This document shows positions 38,827 to 47,000 of a DNA stretch of 64,000 nucleotides, in pieces. This stretch comes from Terriglobia bacterium (GTDB taxonomy: Bacteria; Acidobacteriota; Terriglobia; 2-12-FULL-54-10). The stretch is from contig CAXVYR010000003.1 of the NCBI GenBank assembly GCA_963666975.2, positions 896,001 through 960,000 of the forward strand. Reading direction: 5' to 3'. How positions within the stretch are numbered: the stretch's first letter is position 1; each line of letters opens with the position of its first letter. A program made the position numbers and the translations under genes. The notes below the pieces were generated by a model that saw nothing but the letters and a program-made list of their open reading frames with translations, searched no databases and was not told the origin of the DNA.

Positions 38827-39537
38827 ATGTCAAGAACCCTTTCATCTACCATTCAAACTCTCCTCGCGCAGGACACATCCAGCGTGGCGCATCTGTTGTC
38901 GTTCAACGTCGGCGCGACGACTTACCGTTTCACGGAGGGCGACGGAACGTTCCAGGGAATTCAGCACTTGGGAAATCTCTACCTGCCGCACATGATCGCG
39001 AACTTTCCGGTCCGCTACACGCAGAAGCTGCGGAGCGAGCCGTTGACGATTGAGCTGCAGAACATCGACCTCGCGACGGCGGCGGTGCTGAAGGCCGAGA
39101 AAAGCGTCATGCAGGGCGCGGAGGCCGCGTTCGAGCGGTTGTTCCTGAAAGCGAGCGAAGCGGTGACTCTGTTCCGTGGACCCATCAGCGAGGTGGCGGT
39201 TGACGAACGCCGGGCTACTTTAACCCTTATCGGAGATCTCGATCCCACGGCCAGCCAAGTGCCGCAGCGCAAGTATTCCTCGCTGTGCGTGTGGAACTTC
39301 AAGGACGCCAACTGCGGCTACGCCGACGGCGTCGATCCGGACGATCCGCAGACCAGCTTGCCGTTCACCGCCTGCCCGAAGGATTTCCTGTCCTGCACAG
39401 CGCGATCGCGCGAGGAGCGGTTTCCCGGGTTCATCCATGTGACCCGCGATTTGACTGACGCGGTGGAAGGTCAGGTGCGGGACGAGGCGGACGACCGGAT
39501 GCTGGGCGATTACGACATCTATGACGACGATCTGTGA
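38827..39537 (+). CDS. Tail hub protein (gpL/DUF2163-like, Cys cluster)
   Basis: LFRGPI, C.W.FKDANCGY...CPKDF.SC...FPGF. Confidence 0.75.
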   Translation: MSRTLSSTIQTLLAQDTSSVAHLLSFNVGATTYRFTEGDGTFQGIQHLGNLYLPHMIANFPVRYTQKLRSEPLTIELQNIDLATAAVLKAEKSVMQGAEAAFERLFLKASEAVTLFRGPISEVAVDERRATLTLIGDLDPTASQVPQRKYSSLCVWNFKDANCGYADGVDPDDPQTSLPFTACPKDFLSCTARSREERFPGFIHVTRDLTDAVEGQVRDEADDRMLGDYDIYDDDL

Positions 39538-39613
39538 CGCAGGCAGAAGACAGAAGCCAGGCATGCCCCGAGCGAAGCCGAGGGGAGTCAGAATAAAAAA
39601 CAAGAGGTGAAGG

Positions 39614-39841
39614 ATGGCGAAAGTAACGCTGGAGACAATTGACGAGAAGCTAGATCACCTGATCGGGCAACTGAAGCTGCAGGAGCCGATCCCTGCAACG
39701 AGTCCGATCACGCTGGGGCAGGCAGTCAAAATGACGGAGCAAGACGCGAACCTTAGTTTTTCCGTCAGCGCCGGGAAGATTCATTTCTCCAAGAAATATC
39801 CCTTCGGCGAGCAAAAGTGGAGCCGGCCGCTGGCGAGGTGA
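39614..39841 (+). CDS. Hypothetical 75-aa protein
   Basis: SD gagg/aagg and ATG; in-operon. Confidence 0.5.
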   Translation: MAKVTLETIDEKLDHLIGQLKLQEPIPATSPITLGQAVKMTEQDANLSFSVSAGKIHFSKKYPFGEQKWSRPLAR

Positions 39842-39960
39842 GAAGAGCCACGGAGGCACAGAGAGCACAGAGAAAAAACCAAAGAGAAAGAACTTTTGAA
39901 ATCTCTGTGTCCTCTGTGACTCTGTGGCGGTTGCTTCTGAGGCTCTGTGGCAAATGAACT

Positions 39961-42189
39961 ATGCCGGTTAGCACAACCAACACGGACATCCTGACCGCCT
40001 CGCTGGGCAAACCGTTAGTCCTGGCCTACGGGCGGCATTTGGTGGGCGGGAACGTGATCCTCAAAGACGAGACCGACGCCGACCACACCATCCTGTTCAT
40101 TGCCCTGGGCGAGGGCGAATGGGACTCGGTGGAGGAGTTGTACCTCAATGAAAAGGCGCTGACCGAGATCGAGGACTTCCATTTCCATCCCGGCATCGAC
40201 GGGCAGATCAGCTCGAACGGCACGCTCGATCCGGAGGGGCTGACCGGCGACCAGAAGGCGGATATGCTCACCCCGCCGGGCGTGCAGGGATTGACGTTCT
40301 CCCGCACGGCCTACATCGCGCTGAACGCGCCGTTCGACGTCTTCGCGCCGGGGCCGGAGATGATCGTGCGGGGAATCTTCAAGACCCGCAAGGTGCGGTT
40401 CTTTGACGCGAACGGTGTTCAAACCGGCTACGGGTACTCGGACAACCCGGCGTGGCAGATCGCGGATCTGCTGACGATGGTGCGCGGGCTTTCTGATTCG
40501 CGGATCGACTGGGCCAGCTTCAAAGCATCCGCAGATTATGCAGATGAATTGATTTCGATCAATGGAGAGAATGTCAAGCGGTTCGTCTCGCACGTCGCCT
40601 TCACCGAAGAGGTGGACTTCGACCAGGCGCTGCAGGCGATCCTGGCCACCTGCCGCGGGCATCTGCTGGACACCGAAGGGACGATCAAGCTCAGGATCGA
40701 CCAGGCGCGCAGCTCCATATTCGATTTCGATATGAACAACATCATCGACGCCACGTTCTCGGCATGGTGGAAGGATACGCGCTCGGTGGCGAACCGGCTG
40801 GAGCTGAGCTTCCGCGACCTGGACAACAATTTCGCCGTCTCAAACAAGCTCTGGAACCACGAGCCGCAGCAGGCGCGGACCGGGCGAGTGATCGCCGCAA
40901 AGCTGCACCTCGGCAACGTCGCGCAGCACCAGGCCGAGCGGATCGGGAACTACCTGCTGACCCGCGCCATCGACAACAACCAGTTCTGCCGCTTTCGCTC
41001 GACGCAGGCGGGCTTCGCCGTGATGCCAGGGGATGTGGTGCGGGTGAAGCACGACGCCGCTCCCTGGGGCACGGCGCCGGGCGATTCGCTGTTTGAGACT
41101 TTCGAGGTCCTGGAAGTGACGGAGTTTCCAGATGAAACGCGCGAGATGGCCTGCCGCCTCTACAACCCGAACACTTATCCGGACACGGCCGGGCCCTCGC
41201 AGAACCTGGTGGGAACGACGGTCCGCAGGCGGCCGCCCGCGCCGGAGAAGCCGCCCATTTGGAACCTCTCGGCGGACCTCGGCGGAAATCTGCGGCTGAG
41301 CTTTGCCATTCCGAACAATGCCGACTATCGCACGGGTGATCTGATCTTGCTGGCCGACGAAGAACTGACGCGCATCACGACGGCGCTCTCTGCCACTTAT
41401 TTTCCAGGCGACACAACGATTGCAGTGAGCAGCTCGGCGGGATTTCGCGTGGGGGACTTCATCAACATCGACGCCGAGGTTTTGAAGCTGGTGGGGCCGG
41501 GAGTGGCAAATGTGGAGCCGACCTCAAACACATGGGAGGTGGCGCGGGCACAGAAGCTGACCCAAGAGGACTCCGCTGGAACGAATGCTCCGGTGTACCG
41601 CCTGACAGAGCGGCGGCTTCAGTTTGCCTTGCCGCCGGGATTTTCTCTCGCCCATCCCACGCTCGATCTGGCCAACGGCCCCTATTACGTCATTCATTTC
41701 CGTCCGGGCCGCCTGCGGATATTGCACGCCGCGCTGGAGCTTACAGGGCTGGGCGGCGTCTCGGAACCTGTCGAGCAAATGTTTGCCATCTTCGGAGCCT
41801 TTGAGCCGTTCGTCTTCGGGACGCTGCCGGGCCTGCGGACCTCCGCTGGCGGGCTGGCCACCATACAGATTCCCGGACCGCTGGCGACCGGCGAGGACCT
41901 GGCGATGCCGCTGGTGCTGCCCGCGGAGGCAAGCATCGGGCTGATCTCCGGACGAGTGGCGCGGACTCCCCTGGGCCAGCAGATTCAATTTCAGGTGAAG
42001 ATTGACGGAGCTGTCTACGGACCCACCGGCGTGATCCCGGTGCAAAATCAGGGTCTCGCTTCCGGCACGAACATCTTTATTTCCGGGTCACAGAAAGGGA
42101 ATGCAGGCGGAAGCGAGGTTTCCGTCAATCTCACGCAGGTGGGAACGACCGATCCTGGAGAGGACTTTACGCTTTCTGTGTGGTTCTGA
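39961..42189 (+). CDS. Tail tip/central fibre protein (gpJ-like, Phage-tail_3-like)
   Basis: PLVLAYGR, ALGEGE, YSDNPAWQIADLL, IDWASF, PGDVVRV. Confidence 0.85.
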   Translation: MPVSTTNTDILTASLGKPLVLAYGRHLVGGNVILKDETDADHTILFIALGEGEWDSVEELYLNEKALTEIEDFHFHPGIDGQISSNGTLDPEGLTGDQKADMLTPPGVQGLTFSRTAYIALNAPFDVFAPGPEMIVRGIFKTRKVRFFDANGVQTGYGYSDNPAWQIADLLTMVRGLSDSRIDWASFKASADYADELISINGENVKRFVSHVAFTEEVDFDQALQAILATCRGHLLDTEGTIKLRIDQARSSIFDFDMNNIIDATFSAWWKDTRSVANRLELSFRDLDNNFAVSNKLWNHEPQQARTGRVIAAKLHLGNVAQHQAERIGNYLLTRAIDNNQFCRFRSTQAGFAVMPGDVVRVKHDAAPWGTAPGDSLFETFEVLEVTEFPDETREMACRLYNPNTYPDTAGPSQNLVGTTVRRRPPAPEKPPIWNLSADLGGNLRLSFAIPNNADYRTGDLILLADEELTRITTALSATYFPGDTTIAVSSSAGFRVGDFINIDAEVLKLVGPGVANVEPTSNTWEVARAQKLTQEDSAGTNAPVYRLTERRLQFALPPGFSLAHPTLDLANGPYYVIHFRPGRLRILHAALELTGLGGVSEPVEQMFAIFGAFEPFVFGTLPGLRTSAGGLATIQIPGPLATGEDLAMPLVLPAEASIGLISGRVARTPLGQQIQFQVKIDGAVYGPTGVIPVQNQGLASGTNIFISGSQKGNAGGSEVSVNLTQVGTTDPGEDFTLSVWF

Positions 42190-44825
42190 TGGCCAAGACA
42201 ACTTTCCTCAATAACCATAGCGATTTGATCTTCGGGTACGAAGTCGATACTACTGTCACCTCGGCGTCGGCGCTCATGACGGCGGGTGATCCGCTGGCGG
42301 ATCCTCCGGTCCCGCCGGTGCGGATTGGCACCAAGGTTTACCCGGCTTCGATTGGAGGCATTGCCTTCAGCATGCTGCTCGAGATCGGCGGAGTTGGACA
42401 GGTGGTGGTAACTGATGTGGATTCCGATGGAGGGGGGAACTTCTTCACCTATTCGGAGGAGATCACTCCGGGCGCAGGGGCCACCGTCCGCACGCCGTGG
42501 AATCTCTCCGGAACGCTGCTGTTCACGCGGGAGAACAACTCCGTCTCTCTGACCTATTTCATTCCGATAGAGCATGACCTCTATTTCCGCACGCAGAAAA
42601 CAATCGATTCCGGATCGATCAGCGTGACGGTGGATGGGATTTCCGCAGGCACTTTTGATCTTTCCAATCCATCTACTATTTTAGCCTCGGTGCTGCTGAA
42701 GGCGGATGTGCCGAACGGAATCCATACCGTGAAAGTGACGGCGCAAATCTCAGGGGGCGCCGTATTCGTTTACTTCAACGGCTTCGAGCTGCTGGAGCAC
42801 AACGTGGAGACCGGCGGGGAGTTTCTCTACCAGGGGCCACAGGGGTTGCTGGATGATTCCTCGAACAACTTCGTCGGCGATTGGGCCACCGTCACGGGTT
42901 TTGCCTGGACGGCCACCTCCGGCGCCGGCGTCTTTTTCTACTCGCAGCTTGACACCGGCGGCAAGGTGAACGCGCGGTTGCAAAAGACGCCCGACTCCGG
43001 GATCGTCGATGTGTATGTCAACGGCGTCTTGGACCAGACCATTGACCTCTATGCGGACCCGGCGGTAAATCCGTTAGAGATCACGTTGCTCGATAACAAT
43101 GCTCCATCGAACGATCCGGCAGGCCTTTACGAGATCGAGATGCGGCATACGGGAACGAAGAACGCCTCCTCGTCCGGTTTCTTCTTCTACTTCAAATCGG
43201 CTGTGGTGGTTTTCACGCGCACGGATACTCAGGCTCTGCAATTGGCGGCGGACTACCTGAAGCAAGTGGCGGCGATCCGAGGCGACGGTGCCTTCCTGGA
43301 CGCGCGGGACTCCGACATCGTCAATTTCGACGCCAATGCGCTGTATGCCTGCATGGGGCTCTTGGCCGCTTACCAAGCGCTGAACATACAAGGGTATCTG
43401 GACGCGGTGCGCGACTTCCTGACATGGTTCGCGGGACTACAGGTAAATGCGCCCGGCAATTCCTTCGACGATGGCGCATGGAACATCGGCTACCGGGTGA
43501 ACCCCTCGCCGCCTCCGGCGTATCTCCCCGCGCTGGGACCCTACGCGCAACAAGGAGTCAGCGAAATCAAGTGGGTGGATGCGGTGCAGTGCCTTCCGGC
43601 GTTTGTGCTGTGGTGGTATTGGAAGCTCTCCGGGGACACTGCCACAAAGGACGCCCTGCTGCCCAAGTTTCGCAAAGCCGTTGACGGGTTCATCGCCAAC
43701 AACCACGACCCGCAGACGGGCTTTTACTTCTCTTCCTGGCAGAACAAGTCTGGGCCCACGATCTTCCTCTACCACGATGCCGTCCGGCGGTACAGCTCCG
43801 GCGGAACCTTGCTGGAGCAGCACAACGACGGCGAGGAGAGCTTCTTCACCTATTCCGGAGCTTGGTCCTCTTACGCGCCGCAGGGAGCGATTGCGAGCGA
43901 CGAACACTTCACGCTAACCAACCAGGACTACCTGGAGTTCTCGCTCGCCTTGAACAGCGGCGACGAGGTCCGCTGGGTGACGCAAACGGCCTGGGACGTC
44001 GGCATCGCCGAAATCCTGGTCTCCACCGACGGCTCCAACTTCAGCGCGGCGGGAACGGTCGACGGTTACACGAGCACTTTGCTGCTCCAGCAGGAATTCC
44101 TGATCTACACGGCGCCTTCCACGGCAACCTATTGGTTCCGCATCCGGCACAGCGGGACGATCAACGCGGCGGGCAACCTTGCGCCGGGCTGGCAGCGGCT
44201 CGCGAATCGGTTCACCGCCGGACAGACCGACGTGGCGCTCGGCTTGACGGGGCTCTGGATGCTGACACGCTCCGCCAAGTATGCGCATCTGGCCGCCCGG
44301 ATCATCCGGCGATTCGCGGGCCGATATTGGAGCGTTGCCGATGGCCGCTGGCTCATCTCGCTCGACGGCGCTGCGCCGGGAACAGCCAACAATTTCTGGT
44401 ACCCGATGGCGCACGGCTACACGGCCTTTGGACAAAAACAATCCCGCCTGTTTCAGCCGGCCAGCCGTTTGAGCGAGGGATTGCAGGCTCTGGAATCGTT
44501 CCAGGACAGCGAAGGCGGCTTTCAGCCTCCGGGCTACATCGAGGCGGAGCACATCTTCTCGGCGTTTTATGCGCTGGGAGAGAATCAGCTTGCAACGAAG
44601 ACGAATCAGGCTGCGTTTGACCTGGCAAAGGAGCACATCAAAGCCGGGCAATACCTTTTGGACATAGGCGGCGTGCAGGCGGGCGGCGTGGTGTTCAGCA
44701 AGAGGTTTCAGTTTTTGTATACCAACATTTCCGGCTTCGCTTGCATGGCGCTGGCTGGAACGACAAACCCTCTCACGGAGCAGTTGCGTTTCAGCGTCCC
44801 GCGCGTGGCATTGCCGGCGGCATGA
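42189..44825 (+). CDS. Tail-associated protein with carbohydrate-binding-like beta domains and a six-hairpin glycosidase-like helical domain
   Basis: Repeated G.VDVYV.G...T.DL..P modules; ALYACMGLLAAY, FLTWF..Q, WWYWKLSGD helical repeats. Confidence 0.55.
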   Translation: MAKTTFLNNHSDLIFGYEVDTTVTSASALMTAGDPLADPPVPPVRIGTKVYPASIGGIAFSMLLEIGGVGQVVVTDVDSDGGGNFFTYSEEITPGAGATVRTPWNLSGTLLFTRENNSVSLTYFIPIEHDLYFRTQKTIDSGSISVTVDGISAGTFDLSNPSTILASVLLKADVPNGIHTVKVTAQISGGAVFVYFNGFELLEHNVETGGEFLYQGPQGLLDDSSNNFVGDWATVTGFAWTATSGAGVFFYSQLDTGGKVNARLQKTPDSGIVDVYVNGVLDQTIDLYADPAVNPLEITLLDNNAPSNDPAGLYEIEMRHTGTKNASSSGFFFYFKSAVVVFTRTDTQALQLAADYLKQVAAIRGDGAFLDARDSDIVNFDANALYACMGLLAAYQALNIQGYLDAVRDFLTWFAGLQVNAPGNSFDDGAWNIGYRVNPSPPPAYLPALGPYAQQGVSEIKWVDAVQCLPAFVLWWYWKLSGDTATKDALLPKFRKAVDGFIANNHDPQTGFYFSSWQNKSGPTIFLYHDAVRRYSSGGTLLEQHNDGEESFFTYSGAWSSYAPQGAIASDEHFTLTNQDYLEFSLALNSGDEVRWVTQTAWDVGIAEILVSTDGSNFSAAGTVDGYTSTLLLQQEFLIYTAPSTATYWFRIRHSGTINAAGNLAPGWQRLANRFTAGQTDVALGLTGLWMLTRSAKYAHLAARIIRRFAGRYWSVADGRWLISLDGAAPGTANNFWYPMAHGYTAFGQKQSRLFQPASRLSEGLQALESFQDSEGGFQPPGYIEAEHIFSAFYALGENQLATKTNQAAFDLAKEHIKAGQYLLDIGGVQAGGVVFSKRFQFLYTNISGFACMALAGTTNPLTEQLRFSVPRVALPAA

Positions 44826-44836
44826 GGAGGAGAAAA

Positions 44837-46639
44837 ATGGAGAATAAAGGAAATAGTGGAAGCAGAGGAAACAGAGGAGGCAGAGGAAACAAAGGATTGT
44901 TCATATGCTTCCTCTGCTTCTTTTGCTTCCTTTGCTTCGCACGCTTCGCGCGCGCTCAAGCTCCGGCGACCACCACGGTCCAGGACACGGTTTATAAGCC
45001 GGATGGTACGCTGGCGTCCGGTTCCGTGGTGATCTCCTGGTCCCCTTTCCTGACGGCTGACAGCAAGCCGGTCTTCGGAGGGACCAAGACCGTGACGCTG
45101 ACGAACGGGTCTCTGGCGGTGGCGCTGACGCCGAACTCCGGTGGAACACCCTCGGGTACTTCCTACGGGGTAAAGTTCCTCCAGTCCGGTGGCGTCTTTT
45201 TTGAGGAGACATGGGTGGTGCCGGCCAGCTCGCCGCTGGCGAATCCCGCGCAGCCGGTTTCGGTGACGCAGGCGGGAACGCCGGGCAGCACTACGTATTA
45301 CTACTGGTGCACGGCGACGAACGCCAGCGGCGAGACCTTGCTGTCGCCTTCGCGGATCACCACGACCTCGCACGCTACGCTGGATGGGACCAACTACAAC
45401 ATCATCACCTGCGCCACCGTCTCCGGAGCCACGGGCTATAAAGCGTATCGGACGACGACCTCGACCGCGCCGAGCGGCACTGGGCTTTACCTGGCGGGCA
45501 GCTCGGCTACCACAACGATCAACGACCAGTCGAACACACTGACTTCGGAGACGATCCCGACGCTGAACACCACGGACCCGAAGACGCTGGCGCAGGTCCG
45601 GGTGACGGCAGCGCCAACACCGACAGTGATCTTCAACGCAACGCAGGTGACCGGGACGGCGATTGTATCCACTCCTTCGGCCACGCAGACGATCACAGCG
45701 CCTGCCACCGCGGGATTGATCCCGCTGCAACTCAAGGGAAACACAACGGCCAACGCGAACGTGCTGGAGATATTCGACTCGCAGGCTACCCCGGTTCGCC
45801 AGAGCTACTTCGACTCCGGAGGGAAGCTAAACACGGCGCAGCTGATCACCTCCACGCTGGCCACCGGGACGGCGCCGTTTTCGGTAGCGTCAACCACCCT
45901 CGTAACGAACCTGAATGCGGACACACTGGACGGAATTCAAGGGTCGTCGCTAGTTCAGACGACGCGGCTGATCAGCACCACCTCGCCCATAACCGGAGGG
46001 GGCGACCTGAGCGCGGACCGGACGATTGCCTGCGCCACCTGCACGACCAATGCGGCCGCATTGACGGCGAACGAGCTGATGATCGGCGGCGGCGGCCAGG
46101 CCGCCCAGGCGCTGGGATCGCCGGGTACGACGACAACCGTACTGCACGGCAACGCCGCAGGCGCACCAACATATTCTGCGGTGAGTCTGACGGCGGACGT
46201 TACCGGAATTCTGCCACTTGCAAACGGCGGCACGGGAAGCGCTACGCAGAACTTTGTGGACCTGACAACGAACCAGTCAGTCGGCGGGGTGAAGACGTTC
46301 TCTCAAGAAGTAGTGTCGAGCCAGTTCCTCTCCGGGGCGCTGGTCTCGGTGACGTTTTCCACCACTCCAGACTTCGACGCCGGTTTGGGGAATTTATTGA
46401 AGCTGACCTTAACAGGCAATGTCACCAGCTCGACGATCTCGAACCCGACCAGCGGCGAACAGATATTACTGCTGCTGTGCCAGGACGCGACCGGGTCGCG
46501 CACGATGGCCTGGCCGAGCAACCTGAAGCTGGCCGGAGGGTCATACACTTTAACCACGACCGCCAGCAAGTGCGACACGCTGACGGCAGCCTACGATGGG
46601 AGTAACTGGTATGAAATGGCAAGAGCGACGAATGAGTAA
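44837..46639 (+). CDS. Fibre/receptor-binding-like protein 1 with N-terminal signal peptide
   Basis: LFICFLCFFCFLCFARFARA-Q; TNLNADTLDG, GILPLANGGTG fibre motifs; QDATGSRT..WP C-terminal domain. Confidence 0.7.
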   Translation: MENKGNSGSRGNRGGRGNKGLFICFLCFFCFLCFARFARAQAPATTTVQDTVYKPDGTLASGSVVISWSPFLTADSKPVFGGTKTVTLTNGSLAVALTPNSGGTPSGTSYGVKFLQSGGVFFEETWVVPASSPLANPAQPVSVTQAGTPGSTTYYYWCTATNASGETLLSPSRITTTSHATLDGTNYNIITCATVSGATGYKAYRTTTSTAPSGTGLYLAGSSATTTINDQSNTLTSETIPTLNTTDPKTLAQVRVTAAPTPTVIFNATQVTGTAIVSTPSATQTITAPATAGLIPLQLKGNTTANANVLEIFDSQATPVRQSYFDSGGKLNTAQLITSTLATGTAPFSVASTTLVTNLNADTLDGIQGSSLVQTTRLISTTSPITGGGDLSADRTIACATCTTNAAALTANELMIGGGGQAAQALGSPGTTTTVLHGNAAGAPTYSAVSLTADVTGILPLANGGTGSATQNFVDLTTNQSVGGVKTFSQEVVSSQFLSGALVSVTFSTTPDFDAGLGNLLKLTLTGNVTSSTISNPTSGEQILLLLCQDATGSRTMAWPSNLKLAGGSYTLTTTASKCDTLTAAYDGSNWYEMARATNE

Positions 46640-47000
46640 TTGTATTGTAGCCCTACTGCTGATCTGGGCGGCTGCGGCTTTCGGGCAGGAGCCGCAACCG
46701 GAGACCGAAGCGCCAGCGCAGACGGAGTTGACCGAGGTCGAGGCGCTGAAGGGGGAGAACCTGCAACTGAAGTACGACTCCATCGACAAGCAGATGCGCC
46801 TCATGCAAACGCAGTACCAGCAGCTTCAAGCGCAGCAGGCCGGGATTGTCCGGCAGCTCCAGCAGCTCGAGGGGGAAATCCTTGAGGGGCGCTCGTTAAA
46901 GCCAGGTGAAGGGATCGTGAACTGGCAGGAGAAGACAGTGCAGGAAATTAGCCGCAGAGGTACGGAGAACGCAGAGAACGTTTTGGAGAAAAATCAATGA
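46632..47000 (+). CDS. Signal-peptide coiled-coil protein
   Basis: MSNCIVALLLIWAAAAFG-Q then Gln-rich heptads. Confidence 0.65.
   Translation: MSNCIVALLLIWAAAAFGQEPQPETEAPAQTELTEVEALKGENLQLKYDSIDKQMRLMQTQYQQLQAQQAGIVRQLQQLEGEILEGRSLKPGEGIVNWQEKTVQEISRRGTENAENVLEKNQ

Noticed and set aside
34495-42189. Contractile injection system or tailocin
   Set aside because: No sheath or baseplate wedge genes; capsid, portal and terminase are present.
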